DNA of 64,000 nt from Nageia nagi (Eukaryota > Plantae > Pinophyta), in NCBI GenBank assembly GCA_050084985.1, contig JBITNC010000001.1:90396001-90460000 (forward strand), read 5' to 3'. Below are positions 11,426 to 24,303 of this stretch, piece after piece. A program made the translations under genes and the position numbers. Below the pieces are notes generated by a model. The model worked only from the letters and a program-made list of their open reading frames with translations. It had not been told where the DNA came from and did no database searches. Position 1 is the stretch's first letter. Each line of letters starts with the position of its first letter.

Positions 11426-13551
11426 TTCAATACTTCACTGACACTTCGCTGTTGAGCAAAAACTTTTGAATTGTCAAAATTTATGAAAATATTCTTAATG
11501 GAAGAATCTTTGAGCTTTAGTTCTCATCATGCACTAAAAATTACAAAATTCAACAGTATGCATTGGAATCAACAAGTTAACAAGAATTTGAGTGACCATA
11601 TTTGTACCGTAGTTCTATGTTTGTGTGCATAAGTCACATGCCCAACTAGAAACGTGATGTCATTATTACAATATCATGTCAAGAGAGTGTCAAGTTACTC
11701 AAAGCAACAAAGGCATGGAATGTCATATGCGTCATTTTATTGGCTTCAATCCTAGAATAGAAACTTGAGCTTTCGTAATCTAAAAAATTTTCTGCTGTAT
11801 AAGAAAGTTATATTCTCTTACATGTGTCAGTGCCCAACTTTCCTCTTATCATTATTATTTAAACAAGAAAAATGGCAACTTCCCCAACTTGCTTTCTGAG
11901 TCAGCTGACTCTGCTAACAATGATTTCTAACTCTAGCTAATGTCTAGAGGCACATAGCCCAAGTTTCAAGTTTGTCATCATTCAAAAAGTACTCAAACAG
12001 CCAAAAATATTGTCATCTATAAACTCATCATATTCACATATGTTCTGAGGTTGCATGCTAGCAGGTCTGTCCATTCTCATCTATGTTCTACCACTCCTGC
12101 TAATGCCATTTCCTATCACGTCACTACTGGCTGCTCCATTCAATACTTGACCCTGGGTCTCATTCTTCATTCTGGGTCCTAGTTACTACATGTAATCAAC
12201 CTTGTCATACCTTTCAAGTTTTCTACGAGCCCCTTAAAACCTGCTTTCCAGAGGTTTCTATTTTGCTTCCCATAACTTAAGGAAAAGCTTTAAATGAAGA
12301 AACTTCAAATATAATAATTAGTAACTAACTACTTTATTTTTGGACAATCTTCATTTAGATGTTCTATGTATCTGAATCAATTATGTACTGAATTAAGGTG
12401 TACTTGCCTTAGTGGGGATAACAATATCTGTTGAGAATAAATAGGAGATGGTAGCCAAAATGAAGATTCTTCTGTATTCTGAAGATGTATCACGATTCAC
12501 AACACTATACTGTTGGGTTACCTATATATTGTTATTGAAAGGAATGTATTAATCATCCATGAAATATAAATAAGTGTCATGAGAGGTAGTGAAACTCCAT
12601 TAATCATTATTGAAGATGCATTTCTCATATAAGCATTGCATTGTTAATCCTTTCTCATAGGAAGATGATACAATATTGATTCACCTCTTGAAGAAGTTCT
12701 TTTGATGTCATCATACAATGAGATGATTTATCCTCCATGCAAGAAGTTGATGTACTAGTACTAGATCTATAATTGGATCTTCAACGGGTGAAAGGAATGC
12801 AGTAGGCTATGGCTATCCAATCAATGCCTGAACAGAGTGATTAAATGAAAATCACAATAGTGAAGAAGTATGTTTCATTTTTTCTATAATTGTTCCATTA
12901 ATTGGTTAGCTTGTTATGCATTTGTCGTTCTATAGTACTTGTGGTTGAAAACTTGAAAGCTTTACATACGACATGAATCCATCAATCAGTATTACAAATA
13001 TTTTTAGTTCCTTCCATATCTAAATGCCTACCTAATTAACAAAATACACAAAAAACAAGATCATAAACGTAAGTGAATTGGTATTTTCTATTCAGGAAAA
13101 CCAAATAGAAAATTGTCTAAATGACATAACAATCAATTTGTAAGCGCAGATTGATTTTGTCAACAGGGCACAGGAGGTGGATTAAGCAATTGCTGGAAAA
13201 AAATATTAAGTTCTCCAGGTTTATATATGGATATCAAAAAAATTTAGGCCAGTTAAAAGAAGAGTGTATATGGAAAACTGTATCATTATCAGTGACTCAG
13301 TCAAATAAAGAAAATGTTCAAATGGGAGCTGGCACTGAGCACAGAAATATTGAATAGTGAGCTAGAGTTCATATTTCACTTGCTGAGAATATATGCGATA
13401 GTTGAGATAGCTGAAAGATAAGGCAAAACGAAGAACATACAGAATTTTTAAGGGAGTTGTTTTACAAGGGAAAAATATCAATCTGGCATCCTACTTTTGG
13501 AAATTAATGACATTAAACTGTTTAACAAAAAACAAATGGAAATGATAATAC

Positions 13552-13624
13552 CAGCAAGCATGTCAAAGATCTTGACTTGACGAGCCTTTTCTGCTGCCTT
13601 TTCAAGGTGGAGGGAAGTTCGAGC
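13552..13624 (-). CDS. LSM11: LSM11-like gene exon (ARTSLHLEKAAEKARQVKIFDMLA)
   Basis: tatcag|GCT...GCTG|gtatta; 73 nt and open. The phase-1 end joins exon 648-509 to make a Glu codon (G|AG). Confidence 0.8.
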
Positions 13625-13736
13625 CTGATAGCATAACCAACATGTCAATACTCGTGCACCTAAACAAATCTTTGATATAAATTAATTTATAGATTTTATG
13701 AAAATTACATTTTTAAGTACAAGACCAGTTTCCTAC

Positions 13737-13814
13737 CTTAGCTCGTTCTTGAGCTTCAATTGACTCCGCTGATCGGCTCTTATGAAATATATTAACTACT
13801 GATTCAGGGACTTC
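13737..13814 (-). CDS. LSM11: LSM11-like gene exon (EVPESVVNIFHKSRSAESIEAQERAK)
   Basis: ttcttacag|GAA...AAG|gtagga; 78 nt, phase 0-0, open. Confidence 0.8.
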
Positions 13815-13920
13815 CTGTAAGAAATACACAAATGTCTTAGCTTCTATGTGTGATAACACTAAACATCTAGAATATTGATGCATGGGAAAAAATAAATTAT
13901 ATTGCCCAAACTACACAGAC

Positions 13921-14028
13921 CTCTGGCAAAATGTGACGACACCTGTTCAGATTGTCCAAGGGTCGCACTCGCGGATTGGGAGGCTGAAGTCCCTCAGTTT
14001 GAAGGGCTTCCAATGGATCAAAATCTAG
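13921..14028 (-). CDS. LSM11: LSM11-like gene exon with the N-terminal motif (LDFDPLEALQTEGLQPPNPRVRPLDNLNRCRHILPE)
   Basis: ctgcag|CTA...GAG|gtctgt. FDPL.AL....P.P.....NL resembles the conserved Lsm11 N-terminal FLASH-binding segment (FDPLLALY..PP.PYPNAP.F.N). The acceptor could alternatively start the exon at 14024. Confidence 0.8.
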
Positions 14029-14939
14029 CTGCAGTTGAACCGTACTTTAGAATTCTACATTCTTTATCCCCATAAGATGCTTTAGCCATAGTAAAAAACT
14101 TAGGAAGGTCAAAACAAAGTGCAAAGATGGGAAAATAACTTGATCAAACTATACAGCTTTGAACAGACATAAGTGCATCAGATAAACATATTCCCTTAAT
14201 TTACTTATGATGAAACAATCTCCACAAAATAAACAATGAAGTGAAACTAAAGGTATCACTAATTTTCAGTTTCAATTAAATTAGTAGCACTTGCCCTGAA
14301 GCTGCAACTTCCTTAAGGATTCCCAAGCAAACACGGTTTCCTCTGGAGCATCATCTAAGGAAGACTGTTCTACAGAAATAAACTTTGTCCCTGTCCTCTT
14401 TATTTTCTGAAGCTGATTTCAAGTGTTGATGTTCATAATCCTGTTGTCACCCTCCATTTGAAAGGTAATTTCAAGCAAGCAATGGCATGGTGATGATCCA
14501 AATCGGGTAAAATATCAGTCAAAGATGAAACTAAGGAGTGAATTGAAACAAACAAGAAAAAATGTAACAATTACCCACTTCCTCTGATTTTAAAAAAAGT
14601 AAAGCTTAGGAATAATAAGATGTCTAGGTAGGTTGAAAAGCTGCAAAAAGCCAAGACCAGGATGGAATGAATTAGCTGGAATTTGTTTACCTTCGGGATT
14701 TGGACAGGAAGCCTGGCAACTCTTAGATAGTAGCTTTTTGAATCTTAGATTGTACTTCTCCAAGAGGCAAAGCTGGCATGCCAAACATTCAAATGGGTTT
14801 GAACATTTGGCTAGATTCTGAACAATTTATTTCCAATTTGAACATAGCAAAGAGGAACTCTGTTATGCTTTTAACTGACAGTTGCTGCCCCTTTTAAAGA
14901 ATAGTTTGTGAGAAAGTACTGGAAACTGTTCATGCTTTG

Positions 14940-15395
14940 GTTTATGGTCCAAATTCCAATTAAGACAGTCAATGTTTTTAGGAGTTGAATGCCTATCAAT
15001 ATTAAAAAGAGCCTTTGGACGTTAGCACATATGATTGAGAACATAGAAGATAAAGAAGGGCAGCAGGTTTTTGTATGGAATTGTAATGAATTTGCAAGTG
15101 ATACAAAATGAATTTCCAGTCTTGAACAAGCCAAAGAGGAGCTTTGGTATGTTTTTAGTTGACAGTTAATGCCCCTTTGAAAGGGTACTTTGTGAGATTG
15201 TATATGTGAAGGAATGGAAGTCATTCATGACTCAGTTATGCTCATAATTCCAATTAAGACAGGCAAATTTTTTGGAGGTTGATTGCCTATGAATATCAAA
15301 AGATCCCTATGGTGTTAGTATATATGGTAGAAGACATATAAAGAAGGGCAGCAGGATTTTGCTCGGAATTGTAATGAATTTGTTAGGGATACAGG
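14940..15395. repeat. Direct repeat pair of ~160 bp
   Basis: aattccaattaagacag...ggaattgtaatgaatttg at about 14950-15100 and 15246-15390. Confidence 0.7.
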
Positions 15396-15449
15396 ATGAA
15401 AAAGTTATTAAATGTTGCTGACCCTTTCTCATAAGGTAAGGCCAATGTT

Positions 15450-16750
15450 CAAGAGATTTGTACATAGTACAACAACCAGAATGGTAGAGACAAAATGTAT
15501 TCTAAGTTGGAATATGTTTTTGGCATCTAAAGCATTCTCTAAATCTTAAACAGGTATGACTATATATGGTGTGCTGTTCCTTTTTGTTCTGTCTAACCAT
15601 CATGTGCTAGATATTTCTTTTTATCTTCATAAAGGAGCTAAATGGGGTGATCTGAAGTTCAAGGGGATTCTGTAGAAATGTGTTACATTTAAAAACTTAA
15701 AGATTCTTGGACATTACTGAATTTCTTTGGGTAGTCTCCTCGGTATCATTGTTTTGATTTTTCAATTCAGAAGTTGCAATTATCAATCAAGACTGTTTGA
15801 GAAAGCCAAAACTTTTACGAAAATAAGGGTCTGTAGAAAAGCTCAAGGAAGAAGATAAAAATCAAGGCGTATATTCAGCAAGATCCAGAAAATCCGATAT
15901 TTCATTAAATGATGGTGTGATCTAAAAATGGCATAAGACTATTAGAGCTTGTTATGACTCTAGGAGTATAAAATTCAGAGTCCTAGACAAAAGTTCAAAA
16001 CTATTGAATCAAGGAATGCAATAAAGGATCTAAATATTGCTATAAAATGACAAAGGCTAGGAATTATAGTAGGAATAGATTGCATAGAAAAAAGTGGTCC
16101 TCATTTTTATGAAAGAGAAGTTATAAAAACAAACCTTCTTTGAAGTTTATAAAGAATGCTTCCCTTCTACGGGCTTTGATAAGAATGTCCAAAGGAATAA
16201 AAGATATGCTCCATGGTGATTCATAGAAAGATACGTAGGTGAGAAGAAATGACATTCTTGGTACATCCATCTGTTTATGAAATTAATGATGCAACTAGGT
16301 CTTTGATAAATGAGAAATACCATTGTATTAGTCGTTTCCCTGGAGAGTATATAAAGAGTTAGAGTTATATGCTTTCTAAAGAATTGGTAATGGTGTATAA
16401 GGAGGCATTCTAAGACTATCTAAGCTATTTTCAAACTTGTTTCCAAGGAAAGATGATAGAAATTTGATCAAGAAATGGAGATATATTACCATCCCCATTG
16501 TTATCATGTGAAATTGTGGCCAAAGCTTTAGCGAACAGACTCAACATTGTGCATCCTCCACTTGCGTTGGTAACTCGAACTAGATTACTTTATCATTAAT
16601 TCAAACTTGCAAGGAAATATCTAGGGTTACAATGTCCACAAAACAAGGCTGTACCATGTATGAGCCTTATAGAAAGCTTATCATCAAATAGGATGGCCTT
16701 TAAGATAATGCAAAGCAGGTAGGAATTCAGGATTTCATTTTATTCTCAAA
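15450..16750 (+). mobile_element. Decayed L1 LINE ORF2 fragment
   Basis: Remnants of LSNH (endonuclease SDH), IKKWRYITI..IVAKALANRL (RT start) and an EKAY..I.W-like motif; many stops. Confidence 0.6.
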
Positions 16751-18329
16751 GAACACAAATTTGATGACCCAATTTAGATCTTATCTTCCCAAAATAGATG
16801 AGATGACTGAGATCCTGTTTGTTGAAGTAATTTATCCCTCTCATGGAGGAAGAGAACTTGAAGAACCCAATTGATAAATAGATAAAGGGATCAATAAAAC
16901 CACAAAAATTTAAAATCAGTAGAGACTTAAACATACTAAAACATTCAAAAGAATGAACCTATCTCGTTTGATGAACAGAAATAGTAGGTAAAGAACGCAA
17001 CAAACATCTATGATATTACCAATACTACATAAGCTACAAGTAAAGACTCCAGGCAGCTCATGACCATGTTCATGAAATCACAAGGCAAGACTACCCAGAT
17101 GAATTCAGTGATTGAGTGGCAGCAGCAAGTAGAAATGTACAGGCAACAAAGTTATCAGACAGGCAGCAAAGCCATGGAATTGGAAGTGATGACGATGTTT
17201 GCCAAAGAAGGTGGATGTGTGGACAGGATGACTTCTTTGGCTACAAGGAAAAACTATGTCATGAAGTTTTCAAGATGAAACAATGAGGGATTGAAAATGG
17301 GCCAGCTCATCTCTTGGCTATCCAACATCTCCCAATTGTAAAAGGTCAGAAAACTCTTTAAATCCGATATTCAGATACAACATTCAGTGTACGAATACAT
17401 TTTTCTCAAATAGAAAGGGATGGCCACTCTAAACAATGTTTGAATAGGTTTTGTGGTGAAAATAGGTTATTGCAGGATATAGAAGACTTCCTGGGCTAAT
17501 TACAAACTCGTGGGAGCTTAACTGAGTGAATTGTGGGTGTTACCCATGATAGTTACAAAAAAAAAACTCGCTGAGTACATGCCCAAAGTTGGCCCTCCCT
17601 TGTTTTTCAAGCTCAACTCGATTAGTTTTTTTGGGCTTGTCGAGTTTTTGTTTACTCGTTTGTTTTACTTGTGTGAATTTTCTTTTTTAACTCACAAATT
17701 TATTTTTCACTCACTAGTTTTTTTTACCCCTCGACTATTTATTATGGATATTAATTTTGGATTTGTATAATGTCAATTAATTGTGATATGCATGAAAAAA
17801 AAAAATCCAATGACAAATTGCATTTTCTTAGGGTTTTTTGGCCAAATTTTTCTGATTTTTTTGCCAAGTCCAAGTCCAGATTTGGCAAGAGTTTCTCTAA
17901 TATGTTACCCAGTACAAAAAACCATATTCTGAAGAGAAACAAAAGTCCGCATGTAACCATGGTATACTTTGCATGAATGATTTGATGTTCTTATTTTCCT
18001 ACTATTTTTGCCATTTGTAAATTGAAATTGGAGTATTTGATTGTCAATGGAGCAATGTTCGGTCATGCTAAACAACATTTCATTAAGTGAAGCCACAGGA
18101 ATAAGATTTTAACTGTAAGACAATCAAAGAGCTATATAGTTAATTGGAATCAGTTAAGTTGTCGAATTCCAAATATTTACTGGTACTAAATCATTTTTCT
18201 TTAAATTGCAGGAGCTTCAAGGGGATACATTACTATATAACATTAAATCAGAAACCAAAGAGCCTTGGGAAAGGTCAATTTGAGTCTTAAGATTAGAAAG
18301 ATCATGTAAGAACCACAGAACTGTGTCAG

Positions 18330-20040
18330 CATGATATATATGGAGAAAGATTTGCCAGATTGGAAAACCAGATTGAAAATGAGCCATATGAAGATCAAGT
18401 TGATGTGGAAAAGGTAAATAGTTCGCCCATGCAAATAGATGCATGCTTCAACATTCATGGCTACTTTGATGAGCAAAAGATACCATTTTACCAATTAAAC
18501 ATGTTAAGTGACGCTTTGATTTGGAGGGAGAGTTATGCGTTAACATTGATAATGAAAAATGATTCTTCAGTGACTACAAAAGTGTCTTCAAGCATCTTAG
18601 AGAAAAGGAATTGTATCCTATTCGTTATGACTGGTGGTGCCTGAAATTACATTGATGAAGTGAAGAGTGATGCAGTGCCTCTCTATGTGTGTGAAGATGT
18701 TTTAGGCAGTGCATGTATATGGGCTAGATATGCCAATTTCCTAAAGAGGAAGCAGAAGTCTCACTCAATCAAGGAGGCTCAGCCCTATCTTATCAATAAA
18801 GATGAACACAAGAAAATGACTTCTCTTGTTTTTCACAATCAAGCAAAAAGATTGATAAAGGCAAGTAAAAAGCTTGTGTTGTTGAAGGCCAAGTAAAAAG
18901 AAAAGATAGTCGAAATAGAATCTTCAAGCAAATTGTCCCAGGATAAAGCAACTAAAAAGAGTTACTTCAAAGGTTCAAGTAACTGGTCCAAGACTAGAAG
19001 GTTTGCTTGCAACAAGAGAGGTGGAATTTGAAATATAATTGCAGCCTGATTCACCATTGTTTAACACTGGGTTGTATATGCATTTGATATTTAGAAAATA
19101 AAAAATCGAGAAGGTAAGTACAAGGTCTCTTCCAAAAAGTTGTTATCCATCCTCATTTTTTAGCACTTGATTCACCCGTCGTCTTGGTACCCAAGAAGGA
19201 TGTCATATAGAGGATGTGTGCACAATAGATGGCCATTTCCATGAATTAAAGATCTTCTTCATCAATTACAACCTGCCAACTATTTCACAGATTTGTCCTT
19301 AAGATTAGAATATCATCAACTTGAAGGCAGGAGAACCCTTGGAAAACTTGTTTCCAGACAAAGCTAGCTTTTATTAATGCTTTGCACTTCCATAAGATCT
19401 ACACATTGCACCCACCACATTCATGAATGTAATGAATGATTATTTTTCTCAATCAATCATTCATTAGCTAGATGGAATTCTTGCATAAAGTACCACATGG
19501 GAGGAGCATCTAAACCATTAAGAACCTTGGAAACATTGGAAAAAATCAACTGTGTTAATTTTTAGAAAGTGAGTTTGCATAGCAACCCTTCCTGTATCCA
19601 GGGTTTGTGGTTGATAGACGGTTGACCAAACAAAAATAGTAGCAGTCCTCAAATAGCTAAAGCCTACCACCAATGTAAGTTACTCGTTTTCTTGGGAAAA
19701 AATTTATCCAAAGTTATTTGAGGGAAAAAAGAAAAGCCAACAATACAAGGTTTATACCTTCCCTAATTTGCAGCAATTTTAACCAGTTTAAGATTGAAAT
19801 CGATGCATTAGGTTGTTCTAGAGAAGCTATGCTTATGCAAAGGAGGAGGATCGTTATGTTATTGTGTTTCTTGTGAAGTTATTTTGAAAGTATCATGTAC
19901 ACAAAAAATTGCTTCTATTGATTGCTGTCAAGAGATGGAATCACTATGTTTGGTGTAGAAACAATCATCCATATTGATAATCAAACACAAGAAGTACAAG
20001 AAAGAGGTCAACAATTAATAAAACTTCTCTTGGATGGGAT
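18330..20040 (+). mobile_element. Decayed Ty3/Gypsy gag-pol remnant
   Basis: A gag-like segment (DALIW) is followed by SPVVLVPKKD..RMC, YHQ, PTTFMNVMND, TWEEHL, FKIEIDA and VKRWNHY, in RT-RNase H order. Confidence 0.7.
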
Positions 20041-20428
20041 ATCTTTAATATCCTATATTGGGATATTGTATTTGTTTAGTAAAAGGTAAAAAATTTATTC
20101 AAAAAAATTCAAGTTTTAGATATGATTTTGATGATCTGCCTTTTTGGCTAGGTTCAAAATGCAATCAAAATAAACATTATATAGAGCCCTATATGTGGTC
20201 AAAATAAACATGAAACTCTTCCAAGTATTCTAAATTATTATCTTCATTTCCATGTAACCCAAAGTAGAGTTTATTATATCACGAAATGTTAGGGGAGTTG
20301 GGTGAAAAATGATTTTGGAAACTCTCAAATGATGTAAAGAGAGTCTCATGTTCAAATCCCACCCCTCACATGATGGAGATATGTCTCAAATGTCACATGA
20401 TAGTGACATCTCGATTTTTGAACCAATT

Positions 20429-22543
20429 TGTAAAAAATGGGGGGGGGGGGGTGTGGAGGGGGTAGGGTGGGGTGAATCAGTGTGATAAATTAAAAATCAA
20501 CTCTTTAACTTTACCACTTAAATGAGATTGTGCAAACATAAAACCAACTAGAGCAAGCACCACAAGAAAAGCATCACATAACACAAGATGTAACGAGGTT
20601 CACCAATGTGGCTACATCCTCGGATAAGACTGCTTGGATCATGGTCCAAAACCAGCCATTTCAAAGCACCAACTTTACAATCAGTTTATCAACACCAATC
20701 GAATGGAGCACCAACCCCAAGTTTATCAACTGCAACTGAAAGGAGCACTAACTCCTACTCTACCAGCACCAACTAGAAAGAACCCCAATCCCTCTTGCCA
20801 AGCACCAACTTGACGAACCAACAGTTCAATAAATTTTGACAATAAATTGCCAAACCCTTACTCTAAGACCCTCAATGATGTTGCTCTTCAATCTTCACTC
20901 TCTCGACTATCTTTGTTTGAATCTTACTATTGTTTTCATAGCCCATTGCTTATCATCTTTGCCAATCTATCTCTGCATGTCATCACCGGCATATCATTCA
21001 TACACACTTCAACATGCTACAGTCATCTACACGGTTCTATTTGCACACTACAGCTCATACATGCTCTATTTGCCTTACACAACCTGATTACTTCAGCACA
21101 CTATCACCATATGTTCCCCTAACCATGTGATACTTGTTCCTCAATCACTGTGATTGCGCCTAACAACAGTAAACTCTCCATATACATCTTCGGCAATTAC
21201 AGATGCATGTAATCATCAGCTTCATTTCAAAAAGACAATAACGATTTTTCAGTTACACAGCAACTCTCAACATACATGTCAACTTCTTCAACAGTAATCG
21301 AATGTTGATAACGATTAATGATAATTGTCACACATGTTTCCAATGCACAATACTGAGTTTCAGTACTCTCTCCATGAAGTTTGAAACTCCTTTAAGCTTT
21401 TTCACACAGTTCCTTGCATGTCGATAGCTAACATAGCATTTAAGCTACTATCTGGGCCCCTTGCATGCTTGTCAGCATCATATTTGTCATCTAGGATTCA
21501 ATCCGGTACTAAAACTCCCTTGTCGGTACTTGACTATTCAGAATTACCAATTTTAGTTCATTGGATCATTGCTTGGATAGGCATCATCATCTCTCTTTCT
21601 GCATGCTTTATCCTCCTTGTCGGTCTTTGACTTGGTCTCCACCAAACCTTTCCAAATAAATCATCGAACTTAGAGTAATTTTGGCAATCTTCTGCTTGCT
21701 GATGTCACTCTCTAGTAACGCTTTGTTCTATCTCCTTCACCAATACTTAACTTCGTTGTCTTCTAGTCTCCTTGCCTAAGGTGCCAGATCCTTTGTATTG
21801 TTGAACACCATCCATTCGTTGATGTCATCCACCAACATCTCTTTGCCTTTGCTCGCTTTGTCGGTCCTTAACTCGCACAGCAGAGAGTTCCTTCATCCGT
21901 ATTGTCGAACTTAGTTAAATTGGGAGCGACCATCGAAATGTTGACGTCATGTACTGGTATCCTTCATTGTATTTTCCTTTACCTGCACCTAACTTTACTG
22001 TGTTACGTTCTTCTCATCCGCACCACCGAAATCAATGCATTTTGGGTCATCTTCGCATCACTTACATCATCCACAAATGACTTGAGCCTTTGTCTTCCTT
22101 TACCGGTCCTTTGGCAAGCTTTCAACGAACCTCTCCATCTAAGATGTCGGAATCAGTTCATTTGGAACGACCTTCTCATTTGTTACATCATCAACCGGCA
22201 ATTCTTTGTTATTTTTGCTTTATCGATACTCAACCTCCCTCACAACTACGACCTATTGTCTAAGCAACTGGACTTAGTGCATTTTGTAGCGCCATTGTTC
22301 TGCTAACGTCATCACCCAGGAAAAAAAGGTTTTCAGCATCTATCTAAGTATACACGCATCCAACATACTGGCAGCCATTATTATCAATCAGCAACCATGA
22401 TAAACACCCGGCAGCACTAATAAACACTTGGCAGCAACATGATCATACCCGACATGTGTTCAATCACCTAGCAAACCTCAATCTTATCACCTGGCATGCT
22501 ATCTCACTATGTTGACAACAATGACAATCTCTTTGTATTAACA
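20429..22543 (-). mobile_element. Probable long LTR (Copia-type), reverse orientation
   Basis: TG...CA ends. G-run plus GGGTGAATCAGT and ACACAAGATGTAACGAGGTTCACC near one end; reverse-complement start TGTTAATAC...GTCATTGTTGTCAAC. No clean TSD. Confidence 0.45.
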
Positions 22544-24303
22544 CCCTTCTTAAGCAAATCAAAAAAAAAATAGAGCTTGTTATGAACTCAAATAGCTATG
22601 ACAAAACTTGTATGAATCACCATGCAAATAATAGGAAATAATCACATAAATATTTCCAAAATAAGGCAAAAATGATTAGTAAAGAACATAGATATTTAAT
22701 ACAATTCAAGAGGGGAACATAGATATTTAATAGAATTCAAGGTAGGGAAGCCCCATAAAATACTTCTTAAGGAATCACTCCAACACTTCAAGAGGGGAAC
22801 CTCCTAAATTTTCAAACACAATGCTTGAAAGCTGCAAATACAATTCTCATGTGTTATTCTCCACAATCATCTTGTAATGACATCTTCCCTTTATTTATTA
22901 GTCTATCAAATAATAAATACCATAAGCAAGTAAACAACATGATTATTAAAGCCTATGGGTGCTTTAAACCACCTATGAATATGTGCCATATGCTAGCCAT
23001 CCATTATCCCATTACAACGTGTCACAATATACTATGCAATAACATGATATAAGTTCCCTTATACAATGCAATATAATAATCATATACTTGTAATATGAGG
23101 CTATAGTAGCATAATAGGGCTTGAACGGAAATGACAACTTCATTTGAAAACTAATAAAGAGAAACATCACTTAAGGCATTGTTGGAAGGTCAGCCAATCA
23201 AAACAGCTTAAATGTACAGAGTTCTTGCATTTATCCTAGTTCATCTTGTTAAGAGCCATCAAAAGAAGAGTTCCTCTATTGTCTAGGTAGAGTAGACTCC
23301 CTAAGGTAAGGTGCAATGCATCATTGCTTCAAATATCTGAAAGAGGTTAGAGACCAAAGATTGTTCTTGAAAAGGCAATGAAATTTGCCTTGGATCTCAT
23401 TGTAGATGGCACATCTTAAAATAAAGTGGTAAAGGATTTTTGCTTCTCCCAAGGGGCAAAATAGGCAAATCCACTCCTCCCTTGATAAGTGGTGATTCGA
23501 CTCAACAAGAAGTTGGTGGAAGCATACCCTGATCTATCCAATCGGTAATCCGTAGACTGCATCATGAGTCGATGAAGTTAGCATGAAGGAACTACACATC
23601 CCTCTCTTACCACTTGGAAGTGATCGTGATAGACAACTTGGAGGAGAGAGGGATCCAAGTGCAACTGGTGTACTACAGATTGATGTCCTTTCAGATCTCA
23701 TTGAGTATCTACTCCTTACTCTGAGTTAAGGGGTAATAGGGGTCTCCCAAAGAGAATAGAGGGAGCCTATCGATCTATATATGATATTATGAATGTTGGC
23801 TAAGAGTGTTAATACATGAGAATACTAGCTTCTTTGACCGCTCTATGCATTCAAAGCTACGTCAATCAAGAAGCGTAAAGCCAGGTATGGATACTATTTA
23901 CACCCCAAAGAGCTATCTCCCATAGTGCAAATCATATGAAAATACGTAGTGATCTTGATGATGATCTTGAGTCAGAGGGGGAGGCCCCAAATGCTCCTAG
24001 GATAATGGAGTGAGGGACCATGCTTTTGCATAAAAATGGATCTTCGAAGAAAAATTGTCTATACCCGCTCCACACGAGACTATATAGTAGATCAAAGACT
24101 AGGTCCCCAAATCCCTAACCCATATGTCATAGCCATTGTGACCAAAGCATCAAAGATTTTCATCTTGACTAAAATATCATGAAAATGAGCTATAAAACAA
24201 CTTCACTCAAATAGAGAAAGGGTTGCATAACCCTTACAAATTTGGGCCTAGGCAACAAGTTTCATCCCAAAGGTGGATCCAATGAAAAGAAATCTTAGGT
24301 ACA

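Noticed and set aside
12428-12786. Possible short solo LTR in the intron
   Set aside because: Has a TG start and TATA-like box, but no CA end, TSD or partner copy.
17500-18180. ACTCG-rich segment resembling a DNA-transposon end
   Set aside because: No TIR pair or coding motif could be delimited.
20340-20372. GTTCAAATCC B-box suggesting a tRNA
   Set aside because: No A-box or cloverleaf.
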